Source of the DNA: Dendrobates tinctorius
Lineage: Eukaryota
Reading direction: 5' to 3'
NCBI RefSeq assembly: GCF_039654945.1
Contig: NW_027362008.1
Span: 4,092,001 to 4,156,000 of the forward strand
DNA: 64,000 bases
Position 1 is the first letter of the stretch. Each line of letters begins with the position of its first letter. This document shows, piece by piece, positions 11,886 to 22,961 of the stretch. The notes below the pieces were generated by a model, which was not told the origin of the DNA, did no database searches, and worked only from the letters and a program-made list of their open reading frames with translations. A program made the translations under genes and the position numbers.

Positions 11886-13534
11886 GATTTTCAGAGAAGT
11901 TATTCTCCATGAATTGAGTATCGCTGATTATGTACTGGAATCTCTCCATGCTGATATTTTATCGTCTTTTCAAATCTGAGTGAACAAAGAATTTGTTTTT
12001 TCACTTCATCGTTAAGCTAGGTCATCTCTTTTTTGGATTTTTTTATTCCAAGACATGGCAGTTCTGTGCTCAGAGCTTCATGATCTATTAACGCTGTGAG
12101 ATGGATTGTTTTATATGTCTAATGTAACGCAACAAGTATAAAAATGTTCTATAGTGAAGGTCAAAACTGGCTCCAGTATGTAACAATAAAAATGAAATAA
12201 TGTGAAAACTTTTTTCACTATCTCATAAAGCTAAATTTATAAACCTTTCCAAAAATAAAATGAGATTGGCGTACAAAATCAGCTCATCAAATAAGGAAAT
12301 TCTCCCATTACACTAAAAATAAATTTGCAGAAACTGGTACATGACCTGTACCCATAGCGGTGCCATTTACTTGGTGGAAAGGGATGAAATTAAAAATAAA
12401 ATCATTTGAGTCAACTAAACATCCAATAATATTTTAAAACAAACCTGTTTTGTGACTAAAAACAGATCTGCTCATCTCTCATCAGTACATGGGTGGTAGA
12501 GGTTAGCAGTGAAACAATAGAAATTTATTTAGATGCATTTACATTGTTACATGATATGAATACAGTTATGTTAGATGTCTTGTGACTACAGGTAAATGTT
12601 CTTTACCCAATTTAATAAAAAAATCTACTTACATCCAAATCTTCATTTCACTTGACCAAATAGTGAGATGTTGATGTAATTATCCTTTACAGAAACCTCT
12701 TGATTATGTCTTCTGCTGACATACTCACACTTTTTAAAGAAATGTTTTTATTCAATATTGGCTCGTTCACCCGTCTTAATCTAAAGTCACTGGATGCTTC
12801 TATAATTAAATGTAAATAAAAAAAAAGAAGGGGTTACCAGATATGAAGATGCTATGTTACTGTGAAGGTAACGTGGCAAATGCATTTCCAGTAGATGTAA
12901 AAACAGTAAATTTCTGAAGATCATAAAAAAATAGACATCAATCAGCTATAAAAAGCTAACACATGTATTACATTCTTCAATATGTTGTACACTTGGACGG
13001 GATGGCCATGGGGGTGGCATTCACGCCAAATAAGTATCAACACAATATCTCAGTGCAATTTTGCACATCTTTAATATTGTATAAAATATAGAAAGCCACT
13101 TCTACTAGATGTCTAATAGCATGTAAATGAAGACTGTTATAGCTCCCATTTACATGAATTACACACGTATATACAAGATGTATGAAGCATGGAACACCTT
13201 ACTATATTAATAAATAATACAATTGAGCAATTTGAAGCAAACACTGCACTCAGCAGCTATTAATCAGGTAATCATAGCAGTGGCCCTAACAATTTCAATA
13301 CCATGGTCATTGCATATTTTAGAAATTTTGTCTCTTGACTTCATGAAACTATCATGAAATAATACAATGAATAACATTTCTCTCTTTAGTTTACCTAATT
13401 ATCAGCACAATGGTGAATAGTATCACAGGGCACCACAGGAAATTTCTATCCCTTTGTGTTGTCCCAAACCAGCATTCTCCCTGGAGAGATTTATAAATGT
13501 CAGTTTATATGTAAATGGAGACAGTAAGTCTTGG

Positions 13535-13586
13535 CCAATGACAATATCCCACTAATTAACAACCCCCTGCTCTTCCCAGATATAAA
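13535..13586 (+). promoter_or_regulatory. Putative Pol II promoter of the kinase gene (copies at 24611-24662, 40773-40824, 58149-58200)
   Basis: CCAAT at 13535 and TATAAA at 13581. These precede a probable non-coding exon ending at AAG|GTGAAT (13753) that would splice to the acceptor ttttattcag|A-ATG (13974). Confidence 0.55.
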
Positions 13587-13974
13587 CTGTTTCCTCCTCT
13601 CAGTGACATCTACTTCACTCCAGGTATTATTTGTGGTCAGAACTGGCCTCTGAGGAGCATCAAGCTGTAGACTTGTTGGTGTACAGGAGGAGTTCAGCAC
13701 CGACTATCATCTCTTTCAGTAGCAGTAGACATCTTCAATCTCCATCTACAAAGGTGAATATATGATAAGTATAGCACAGCATATAGTAGATGGTATTACT
13801 GCAGATCCCTGGGGAATTATGCAATGCTGGAACATTATTACAGTGACTGCACACTATTATACAATTGTGCATTTCTAGTCGCAGTTTACACGAGGTGATT
13901 ACAGTATGTTATTATGGGTCTCAAAGATGTTTCATGCTTTATTCAATGCCATATCTCATTTCATTTTATTCAGA

Positions 13975-15624
13975 ATGGCCACCAACATCAAGGAAGCAAG
14001 CAAGAACACGGCAAAACACCTTCTTCATCTGATATCAGAAACTTCCAAGAACCTGAAGATGATGGAAGTGACTGACAACTTTGAACTTTTGCTAGAACTT
14101 GGGACTGGATCTTTTGGAAATGTACACATGGGAAAACACAAACATTCAGGTGAGATGATGATGATGGATGATGACTATGAAGATGACTGAGCCATCAGGG
14201 TGGTTTTAGATGAATGTGAAAGATGAAATTGAAATCTGCTTGTACCCTGACAAACTGTACTTGTTAACAATCATTAAGTATGACCCTAGTTGTATCCTAT
14301 CTACAACGCGTCATTAGTATTCTGCACCACTACCCTCTAGTCTTATGAATGCTCCTGTGTAAAGTGATTGATCAGGTTGTTTATATGGTTTTAAAAGTGT
14401 TATGGAATATGATGAGGATGAACATTAACAATTATAATGTTTATTCAACAGGACAGACCGTGGCAATTAAAATGATGGCAAAGAAGAAGACTCCAGAAGA
14501 CAACTTCTTTCTGGAATATTGCATTTCACAAACCCTCAGCATTCATCGGAACATCATATTTACTCACGACATCTTCTTCCATACCAGTAGGGATTTTGTG
14601 TTTGTTCAGGAAGTGGCACCGGCCGGAAATCTCCAGTCCATCCTTGTACCTAAAGTAAGATCTTAAGCTGTTCTCCACTTTTACATATTTAAGCATTATT
14701 CATACTGCTGAAGAAAAAAATTAGTGGTCTTTATTGTAGATCTGACATCTAACATTACCCTATTTCCTCAGATTTAATAAACTCATATTTCTGTAAGTAG
14801 CAGTATGGGACCCCCATAATTAGGCAGGTTTAGGTTGTATGAGTATGTGTGAGCTAGTAAAATCCTCTATGTGAGAGATATTTAATTTTTAGTGGAAATC
14901 TCACATTATAGAGGATATCTGATTAATAGCAGAGTAGAACTGATGTCTGCAGGAATTATATCTACTAGTAGAAGATATCTATAAGTCTTCTGTTCTTTTA
15001 TATCAGATATGTTTTCCCTTCTGCTGTTCAGCTGTGTAATCTTCTGTGTTGTCTTTTTCTTAGGTCGGCATGCAGGAGGACATGTTGAAGCGTTGTGTTC
15101 CTCAGATCGCCAGTGCTCTGGACTTTATGCATAACAGAGGAATGGTTCATCGGGATATCAAGCCGAATAATATTCTTCTGATGGATGCAGAATGTCACTG
15201 GATAAAGCTGGCAGACTTTGGACTCACCAGGCTCCAGGGCACATTTGTTCCTTTTGTGCCCTGGTATAAACCCTACACTGCTCCAGAGCTCTGCTGCCTT
15301 AGACCAGGAGAACAGTTGTTGCTACATCCTAGTCTTGATGTCTGGGCTTTTGGTGTAGTCATTTATTATGCTCTTTCTGGACTCTTTCCTTGGCATGGGG
15401 CAAAACGCGGTGATCGAGATTATAAAGAGTTTGCCTGGTGGCAGGTTGGAAGGGATCTGTCAAAAGCTCCAAAAAAGTGGAAGAAAATTTCAGTGGAGGC
15501 CAGAGTAATGTTCTGGGAACTGCTTCAAATAAATGCCTCTAAGAGAGGCTCGGCCATTGACATTCTAAAATTTATGCACTTGCCATGGAAAGCCGAGGAA
15601 TGTTCAGAGACCGAAGCAACCTGA
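13975..15624 (+). CDS. SBK-family (SBK1-like) Ser/Thr protein kinase, 312 aa; exons 13975-14149, 14452-14654, 15064-15624
   Basis: GT-AG introns in compatible phases (1, 0) join GTGSFG, VAIK, alphaC Glu (FFLEY), HRDIKPNN, DFG, PYTAPE and DVWAFG. 175+203+561=939 nt. The motifs QEVAPAGNL, D.EC..IKLADFG and PYTAPE.C resemble SBK kinases. Confidence 0.92.
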
Positions 15625-15661
15625 TATGTTGAATCTATGACAAACTGCAATATGATATTTG

Positions 15662-15729
15662 TTTTTTTAATCAATAATGTCTACAAAGCAGACTGTGAAC
15701 TATTGTAAATAGCTCAATAAATGAATAAA
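15662..15729 (+). terminator. 3' end signals of the kinase: U-rich CPE-like element and tandem AATAAA (copies at 26738-26805, 42900-42967, 60276-60343)
   Basis: TTTTTTTAAT at 15662-15671; AATAAA at 15716-15721 and 15724-15729, ~90-100 nt after the stop. Confidence 0.6.
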
Positions 15730-18700
15730 ACAGACTTGAATCTTACTAAAGTTTATCTCGAGAAAAACAGAAAAAAATATAGAAGTTACGGGTATACGAA
15801 CATGGGACACTCCCAAAACATTTTTTAAGTCAGTTTTTTTCATAAAAGTAACAAAACATAAAAAGTGATATAGAAAAGGAATTGTCATGGTATTGCTATT
15901 CACATTCTACATATTTCACATTGACATGCTTTAGCACTACAGAGTGCATCTTTTTTGTTTATTGAAAATGAAGGTAACTGCAGCTAGTTGGCTCCTGTTC
16001 ACATTAGCTTGGAAGTGCCAGTCTTTTTGTCACTAAAAAAATAATACTGGTACTTTATTCCCAAATTTGATAAATATGCTGAGCCTCCATCTTGCTATTT
16101 GCACTGGATATTATGCCCATTGGTTAAGAAAACTCCCTTGGTTATACAGGACTCAAGATTTTTTACAAATACAGGATGATTTTGATTGACAAGAATTATT
16201 GCAGCTGGTGACAATCCTTGTGCTTTTGCTTTGCACACAATTCCTTTCAATTTGCAGGACCCTGGTATAACCAGGCAGCTGATACAGCAATGGATTCACC
16301 AGTTGCCGTGACTTGTATACTGTATATATTTTTTGGAGAAAGATACTTAATTTGAACAATCCATTTCTATTACATATCAAATTATTCTTACAATTTAAAG
16401 ACAATATTCTTATAGTAAGAATAGATGTGTCTTTTACTTTTTGGAAAGCATGCAGTAAAAAATAAAATCATTATGAGTCAGCACAAATTCTAATAATTTG
16501 AAAACAAAACTCTTGAGTGACTGAATATGATTGCCCTTTGTGCTCAAAAATATTTTACTGCCTGAGTTCCCAATTCATAACAGATTCTGGTATAAAATGT
16601 CTCAATGTAAAGTCTCACTATTATTCTTGTGGGTGGCCAGGACTTCCAGCATCACCAGACCTCTGACTTCACTGTGCCTTTGTTGGGAAAAAACTTGGCA
16701 CTCATAGTAAAATCAGAGGATTTTATATTTGAATTTATTTAACATTGTCGGAGAAGAGATTTCTATTTCTACTTGGGTAGTTTCTGTCTTATGGGTACCT
16801 ATGCAATGAAGCATAATGAGAGAGACAGACTGCTCGCTGTGTTTCCAAATCGTCTCTAAGGTTTATTGACAGTGTGAACTTTTATAGAACAAGATCAAAA
16901 AGAAATGAAGAATACATAAGAATTGGCAAAATAGAAAGGGAGGTTACACAATCGTTGACATAAAAAGATAGGTTATACAATGAGTTGTCAACCACATCCT
17001 CGGACACAAGATAAAATTAAATGAAAAATGACAGGAATACAGGGGTGCTTTCCAAAAGTCAATGTGCTCTAAGTTAATAGTCATGAGTTCATATTCAAAA
17101 GATATTTTTCTAAAAAGATGTTAGAACATTTCACCTCAAAAGGGAAGAGAATGCATGTCCTTCAGATTTTCTGGGAATTGTAGGAACTGACCATTAGCCA
17201 TAGGACTGTGACCACATAGACAGATGATAACTGGATGTCACGACTAGTGACGAGTTCGCTGCCGAGCCAACACCTCCACGTCGACGACCACGACGATGTG
17301 GGGTGAGCGTCCCAAGTGGGGATGGAATGTGGACCCACTGGACCACAGGGGGGACCCAGGCCTACCCAGACTAGGGAAGAGTAGCGACCGGGGTCTGTGG
17401 CAGCTGAGCATGTGGACGAGGAGGCAGAATGACATGACACCGCACACTTCAGGTATAGACATAAAGTTTACTTGAACAAGACATGGTACATAAACGAAAC
17501 AGTTATGCAAGGCTCCCGGTTCCGCACATCAGGGAAGGGTACATGTCTCAGGATAACAGAAGAAAGGCAGGAGGTCATTACGGGTTGAGCAGTCCAGGGT
17601 TGTCTGGCATGGGTATACTAGGGCGGCCTCTTCCTCAGTCCTCAGGGGTAGCAAAGGGTCACCAGGAGAATATCAGACACCGACCACAAACAGACTTCAG
17701 AAAATGGCAGGCATTGTCTGACATTTCAATCACATCCATACACGCAGTACTTCTGTGTTCTCCCGCTACCCGTATTTTATCAAAAAAGCTCTAATGCCAA
17801 TGGACAAAAACATAAATCTTATCTATTTATAGAAACTCTTGGTTGGTTCACTATATCCTCTAATTAGTGTCCTATCTGAGTACCCGGTTGCATACAAAAA
17901 AATTGAGCAATTATATTCACATATTGTCTTCACGTGATTTTCCCACTTCATTACAAACTCCCACCCGGTTCCTTCCATTAGGTTTTTCCAAGGAGCAACT
18001 AACCAGAGAGTTTTATCTTAATCGCTGCTTTGAGCAACAAAAAGGCTGTTTATACACTGAGCACACATCATTTAGTCTCCATACATCAACAGGGCTGCTG
18101 TACAGGAGTACGAAATGAATATGTTGAAGTGTATTTTCCTGGGCCCAACCAGTATGTGGGTACCAAGGTGTAATGGGGTGCATAGGACTATGCAGCAGGG
18201 CAGACATTGCTGTCACTCTGTAAACAAAAGAGTAGGGGAGAACCGTATGAATATGGTGAAGTGTATTTTTTTCCTGGGCCCATCCAGTATGTGGGTTCCA
18301 AGTGTTTAATGGGGTGCATATGACTATGGTATGAATCTCGGAAAAAAATATTTAAAGCTGTGAACTAGGAGTCAGGAATGCTTCCAGGGGCGATCCCCAT
18401 GAATTCCCCATTTCATTTGAGCAGTGTTTAAATCATTTTCAGATGTTTCTAGACCTTAAAATGACCCCCTTGGGGGATCACAGCAAAAATGCTCAGGTTT
18501 CCCATAGACTTATATTGGGCTCGTTGTTCTGTCCGAGTACCCAAGTATTACAATTTGCTCGACCCGAACAACGAGTGCCCAAGCATTTTAGTGCTCGCTC
18601 ATCACTAATCCCAGTACTTAAAAAGCGATACTCAATTCATGGAGAATAACTTCTCTGAAATTCAAATTAATTGGGAAAATCCAAACGGTTAAGCGATTTT

Positions 18701-19037
18701 GAATTTTGCTGATCTGACCCATGTTATAAAACAATCTTATCATATATTGTGCACGATGAATGCCACATGAAGGGAAAAGTGAAAAACTGCTAAACTTGCT
18801 ATTCTTGTTCATCTTACCTCACTAAAAAATTGAATTAAAAAAATCATGTATCCCAACGCTGTACCAAAACAACTAGTTTTGTACCCAAAAACATGTCCTC
18901 ATGCAGATCTGCATTCAGAAAAATAAAAAGCAATGACTCTCAATATGACAGCTATAAAAAACATATTGTGATTTTCTTGGGCATGAACATAATCATGTCA
19001 GCACACAGAATAAAGTGAACAAGTCAATTATACTGCT

Positions 19038-20200
19038 TACGTTTGAAAATCCACCAGGCTTCCCTATTTTGTAATGTAACCTCCGTATCACCCCCTCTGA
19101 TGGGTGTGTGTATTTTTTCAATTGCATACACCAGAAGTGTTTTCAGGTCATCTTTATGACATTCAATAAAATGTTTTGACACCTGAGATGTGTTCCTCTC
19201 CATGTTAATATTCTCTGTGTCATAGATGTGTTCCCCAATTCTTTTCTTCAGCTTGCGTTTTGTGCTTCCAACATGTTTTAGATGGCAGAAGGTGCACTCC
19301 ATAATATATACCAAGGTTTTAGTGCTACAATTGATAAAGGTTTTAGTAGCAAAATTCTTGCTTTCACTAGAATCTCCAAAGCTAGAGCTCTCTTTAGTGT
19401 ATTTACAGGACTTAGCGCCACACTTATAAAAACCCTTGGTTTTCTGCCAATTTGTGGATTGAATTTGAGACATATTCAAAAAACTTGGCAAAAGGCTCTG
19501 ACCTAAAGATGGTGCTCTCCTAGAGACTATTCTAAATCCTTTCCCTATAATACTATCTATATCTGGATCCTCTTTTAATACAGATAAATTATTTTGAATA
19601 ATTCGTTCAATAGAGGCAAACTGGTTACTACACTGCGAGACCAATGTTACAGGAGTGACTGAATGTTCATGTGTGTTACACTGAGGTTTGAATCGCGGTT
19701 TTTGAGCCACAATGTTTTCAGCTTTGCTTAAACTCCATTGGGTATAACCCCTTTGGGTCAATCACTGCTTAATGTTAGAAACCTCCTGTTGATAATCTGT
19801 ATTTGTGCTACAATTGCATTTCGCTCTCGTCATCTCCCCAACAGGTATACCTTTTAATTGTATGTTTAGGATGATGGCTTTTTCCATGGAGTATAGCATT
19901 GCCTGCTGTGTTCTTTCTAAATTTTTGTGTTACTACAGGTTTACCTGAAATTCCTTGTAAAATCAAATAAAAAAAATCAATGCATGAAATTTTATGGCGG
20001 ACCACAAATTTTAAATTCAAGGGATTGCAATTAATATAAAAATTAAAATCCTGTATGGCAGATACATCAGAATTCCAGATGATAATGATATCATCTATGT
20101 ATCTGCCGTCCCAATAGACACAATCTTTAAATGGATTATTTACAGTATAAATATACAGCTCTTCCCACCAGCTCATTACCAAGTGAAATTAGCAAGTGAA
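19038..20200 (-). mobile_element. Decayed Penelope-like element, U2 copy
   Basis: ORF 19808-20182 contains YWDGRYIDD, which is open here and a stop in the other units. It has a private +1 frameshift near 19850. The GIY-YIG ORF is 19024-19761. Confidence 0.88.
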
Positions 20201-20661
20201 GTTGTCAAGCTATCCACTATATGACCAAGATTAAAATCTTTCTTTGCAATTGCGGCTTGTTCCCAGTCAACTTACGTGCATCGTTATATTTTACTTTTGG
20301 TTATGTGTGTTTTTCCATGCGTTATTCATCCTGTTTTGAATGTGAATGTTTTTTCTTTGTCATCTAGGAATATTTAACACCATCCACTATATGATTAAGA
20401 TATAAAGTATTTTTCGCAATTGCGGCTTGTTCCTCGCTAGTTTATGTGGATTGTTATGCAGGAGCATATTGCTATCTGTGTTTTTTTATGCGATGTAGAT
20501 CTGGTTTTGAATTAAATTGTTTTCATTTTTGCTTTCACCTAGGTACTTTTACCCTCCTCCGCTGAAATTGTGTTTTTAGATCTGTGTCTCTTACTATTAC
20601 TCTATGACACTCAGTGTATGATAGAGAGAAATGTATTTTTCTTCTTTCTATGATTGTTATT

Positions 20662-22961
20662 GAATCATAGAATCATAGAATCATAGAATCATAGAATCGT
20701 AGAGTTGGAAGGGACCTCCTGGGCCATCTGGTCCAACCCCCTGCTCAAAGCAGGATTCGCTAAATCATCCCAGTCAGATGTCTGTCCAGCCTCTGTTTGA
20801 AGACTTCCATTGAAGGAGAACTCACCACTTCTCGTGGCAGCCTGTTCCACTCATTGATCACTCTAACTGTCAAAAAGTTTTTTCTAATATCTAATCTGTG
20901 TCTCTTCCCATTCAGTTTCATCCCATTGCTTCTAGTCTTTCCTTGTGCAAATGAGAATAAAGTTGATCCTTCTACAATGTGACAGCCCTTTAGATATTTG
21001 TAGACAGCTATTAAGTCTCCTCTCAGTCTTCTCTTTTGCAAACTAAACATTCCCAAATCCTGCAACCTTTCCTCATAAGACAGGGATTGCAGACCGGTCA
21101 CCATTCTGGTCGCTCTTTTCTGAACTTGCTCCAGTTTGTTGATGTCTTTTTTAAAATGTGGTGCCCAAAACTGGACACAATATTCCAGATGAGGTCTGAC
21201 CAAAGAGGAGTAGAGGGAAATAATGACTTCACGTGATCTAGACTGTATGCTTCTGTTAATACATCCTAGAATTGCATTTGCCTTTTTTGCTGCTGCATCA
21301 CACTGTTGACTCATTTTCAGTCTGTGATCTATTAGTATACCCAAGTCTTTTTCACATGTGCTGTCACTTAGCCCTATTCCTCCCATTCTATATATGCTTT
21401 TTTCATTTTTATTGCCCAGATGTAGTACTTTGCATTTCTCCCTGTTAAAAACCATTCTGTTAGTTGCTGCCCACTTCTCCAGTTTATTTAAATCTTTTTG
21501 AATCCTCTCTCTCTCTTCTCTAGTATTAGCTATCCCTCCTAGCTTTGTGTCATCAGCAAATTTAATCAGTTTACCCTCAATTCCTTCATCTAAATCGTTG
21601 ATAAAGATGTTGAACAATACAGGGCCCAGGACAGAGCCCTGTGGTACCCCACATGAGACATTCTTCCAACTGGATGTGCAGCCATTTACGACCACTCTTT
21701 GGGTCCGATCACTAAGCCAGTTATGAATCCACCTAACAGTTGCCTTGTCCATTCCATACTTAGTCATTTTTTCAATAAGGATTGTATGAGAGACTTTGTC
21801 AAATGCTTTGCTGAAGTCAAGATATACTATATCTACAGCATTTCCTTGATCCACCCAATCAGTGATACCGTCATAGAAGGAAATTAAGTTAGTCTGACAT
21901 GACTTATTAGTTAGAAACCCATGCTGACTCTGTTTAATCACTTCATTCTTATCCAGGTATTGACATACAAGTTGTTTAATAATTTGTTCAAAGATCTTTC
22001 CTGGTATAGAAGTCAGACTCACCGGCCTATAGTTGCCTGGGTCCACCTTCTTCCCCTTTTTGAAGATAGGAACAACATTTGCTCTTCTCCAGTCTTCTGG
22101 CACTTCTCCTGTTCTCCAAGAATTTTCAAAGATTATGGAGAGGGGTTCAAAAATTTCTTCTGCTATCTCCTTCAGTACTCTGGGGTGTAATTCATCTGGA
22201 CCTGGAGACTTGAATTCATTTAGGTTAGCTAAGTGTTTCCTCACTATCTTTCTGTTTATAGATATCCTGGATTCTTCTATTCCCTTAATAGGACAGTGAA
22301 TAACAGTTGATGTTACATTTCCTTTCTGAGAGAAAACAGATGCAAAATAGGAATTTAAAAGTTCAGCCTTCTCAACATCCTGTCTTACCATTTCATCATT
22401 TTCATCCTGTAAAAATCCTATAGCATCTTTGACTTTTCTTTTACTTTTGACATATCCCCAAAATCCTTTATTATTGCTTTTGACATCTCTTGCAAGTCTC
22501 AATTCATTTTCAGCTTTAGATAATCTGATTTGTGCCCTGCAGGTTCTGCAGACAGCATTATATTCTTCTTTAGATATGCCTCCCTCTTTCCATTTTATAA
22601 ACATTTTTTTCTTCCTTTTTAGCATGTGCTTAAGTTCTGTGTTCATCCATCCTGGTTTCCTTAAATGCTTCCTATTCTTCCCTCTTTTCGGAATTGTTAA
22701 CAACTGTGCTTTGAGAATTTCATTTTTCAAGATTTCCCATCCTTCCTGGACATTTTTGTCTTTAAGGATATCCAGCCATTGGATCCCTCCAATTCTCTTT
22801 CTGAATCCCTTAAAATCTGCCTTTCTGAAATCTGACGTTGACGTCTGAGTCTTCACAGGTCTTCCGCCTCTAGTTATCCAAAATTCTAAAATAGCATGGT
22901 CGCTACCTCCTAGGGTCCCAGCCACTTTTACCTCCTCAACCATTTCCTCCCTGTTTATAAG
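20662..22961 (-). mobile_element. Chimeric CR1 (3' part from copy A, 5' part from copy B), open 727-aa ORF at 20760-22943
   Basis: It has the A-type left flank and residues (GKRHR, QSLSY, SCGV, FLTNK, QLVC) with B-type residues (KHLAN, SVFSQKGNV) and the B-type right junction GATTTTCA. Confidence 0.95.

Larger units (their letters stand above)
1..16164 (+). repeat. Tandem array unit U1 (16164 bp; boundary arbitrary)
   Basis: The opening sequence acaaatacaggatg recurs at 16165, 27241, 43403 and 60779, and the same ORF set repeats with constant offsets. Confidence 0.97.

Noticed and set aside
13906-14190. 94-aa ORF ending MMMMDDDYEDD as a standalone protein
   Set aside because: It is a kinase exon plus read-through into flanking introns; the acidic tail is an intronic (GAT)n microsatellite after the donor at 14150.
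1-16164. Whole unit as a single giant transposon (Helitron, Polinton or Teratorn-like) carrying the kinase
   Set aside because: No Rep/helicase, polymerase, integrase or unit-terminal structures were seen; the units are seamless head-to-tail, which fits unequal crossover.
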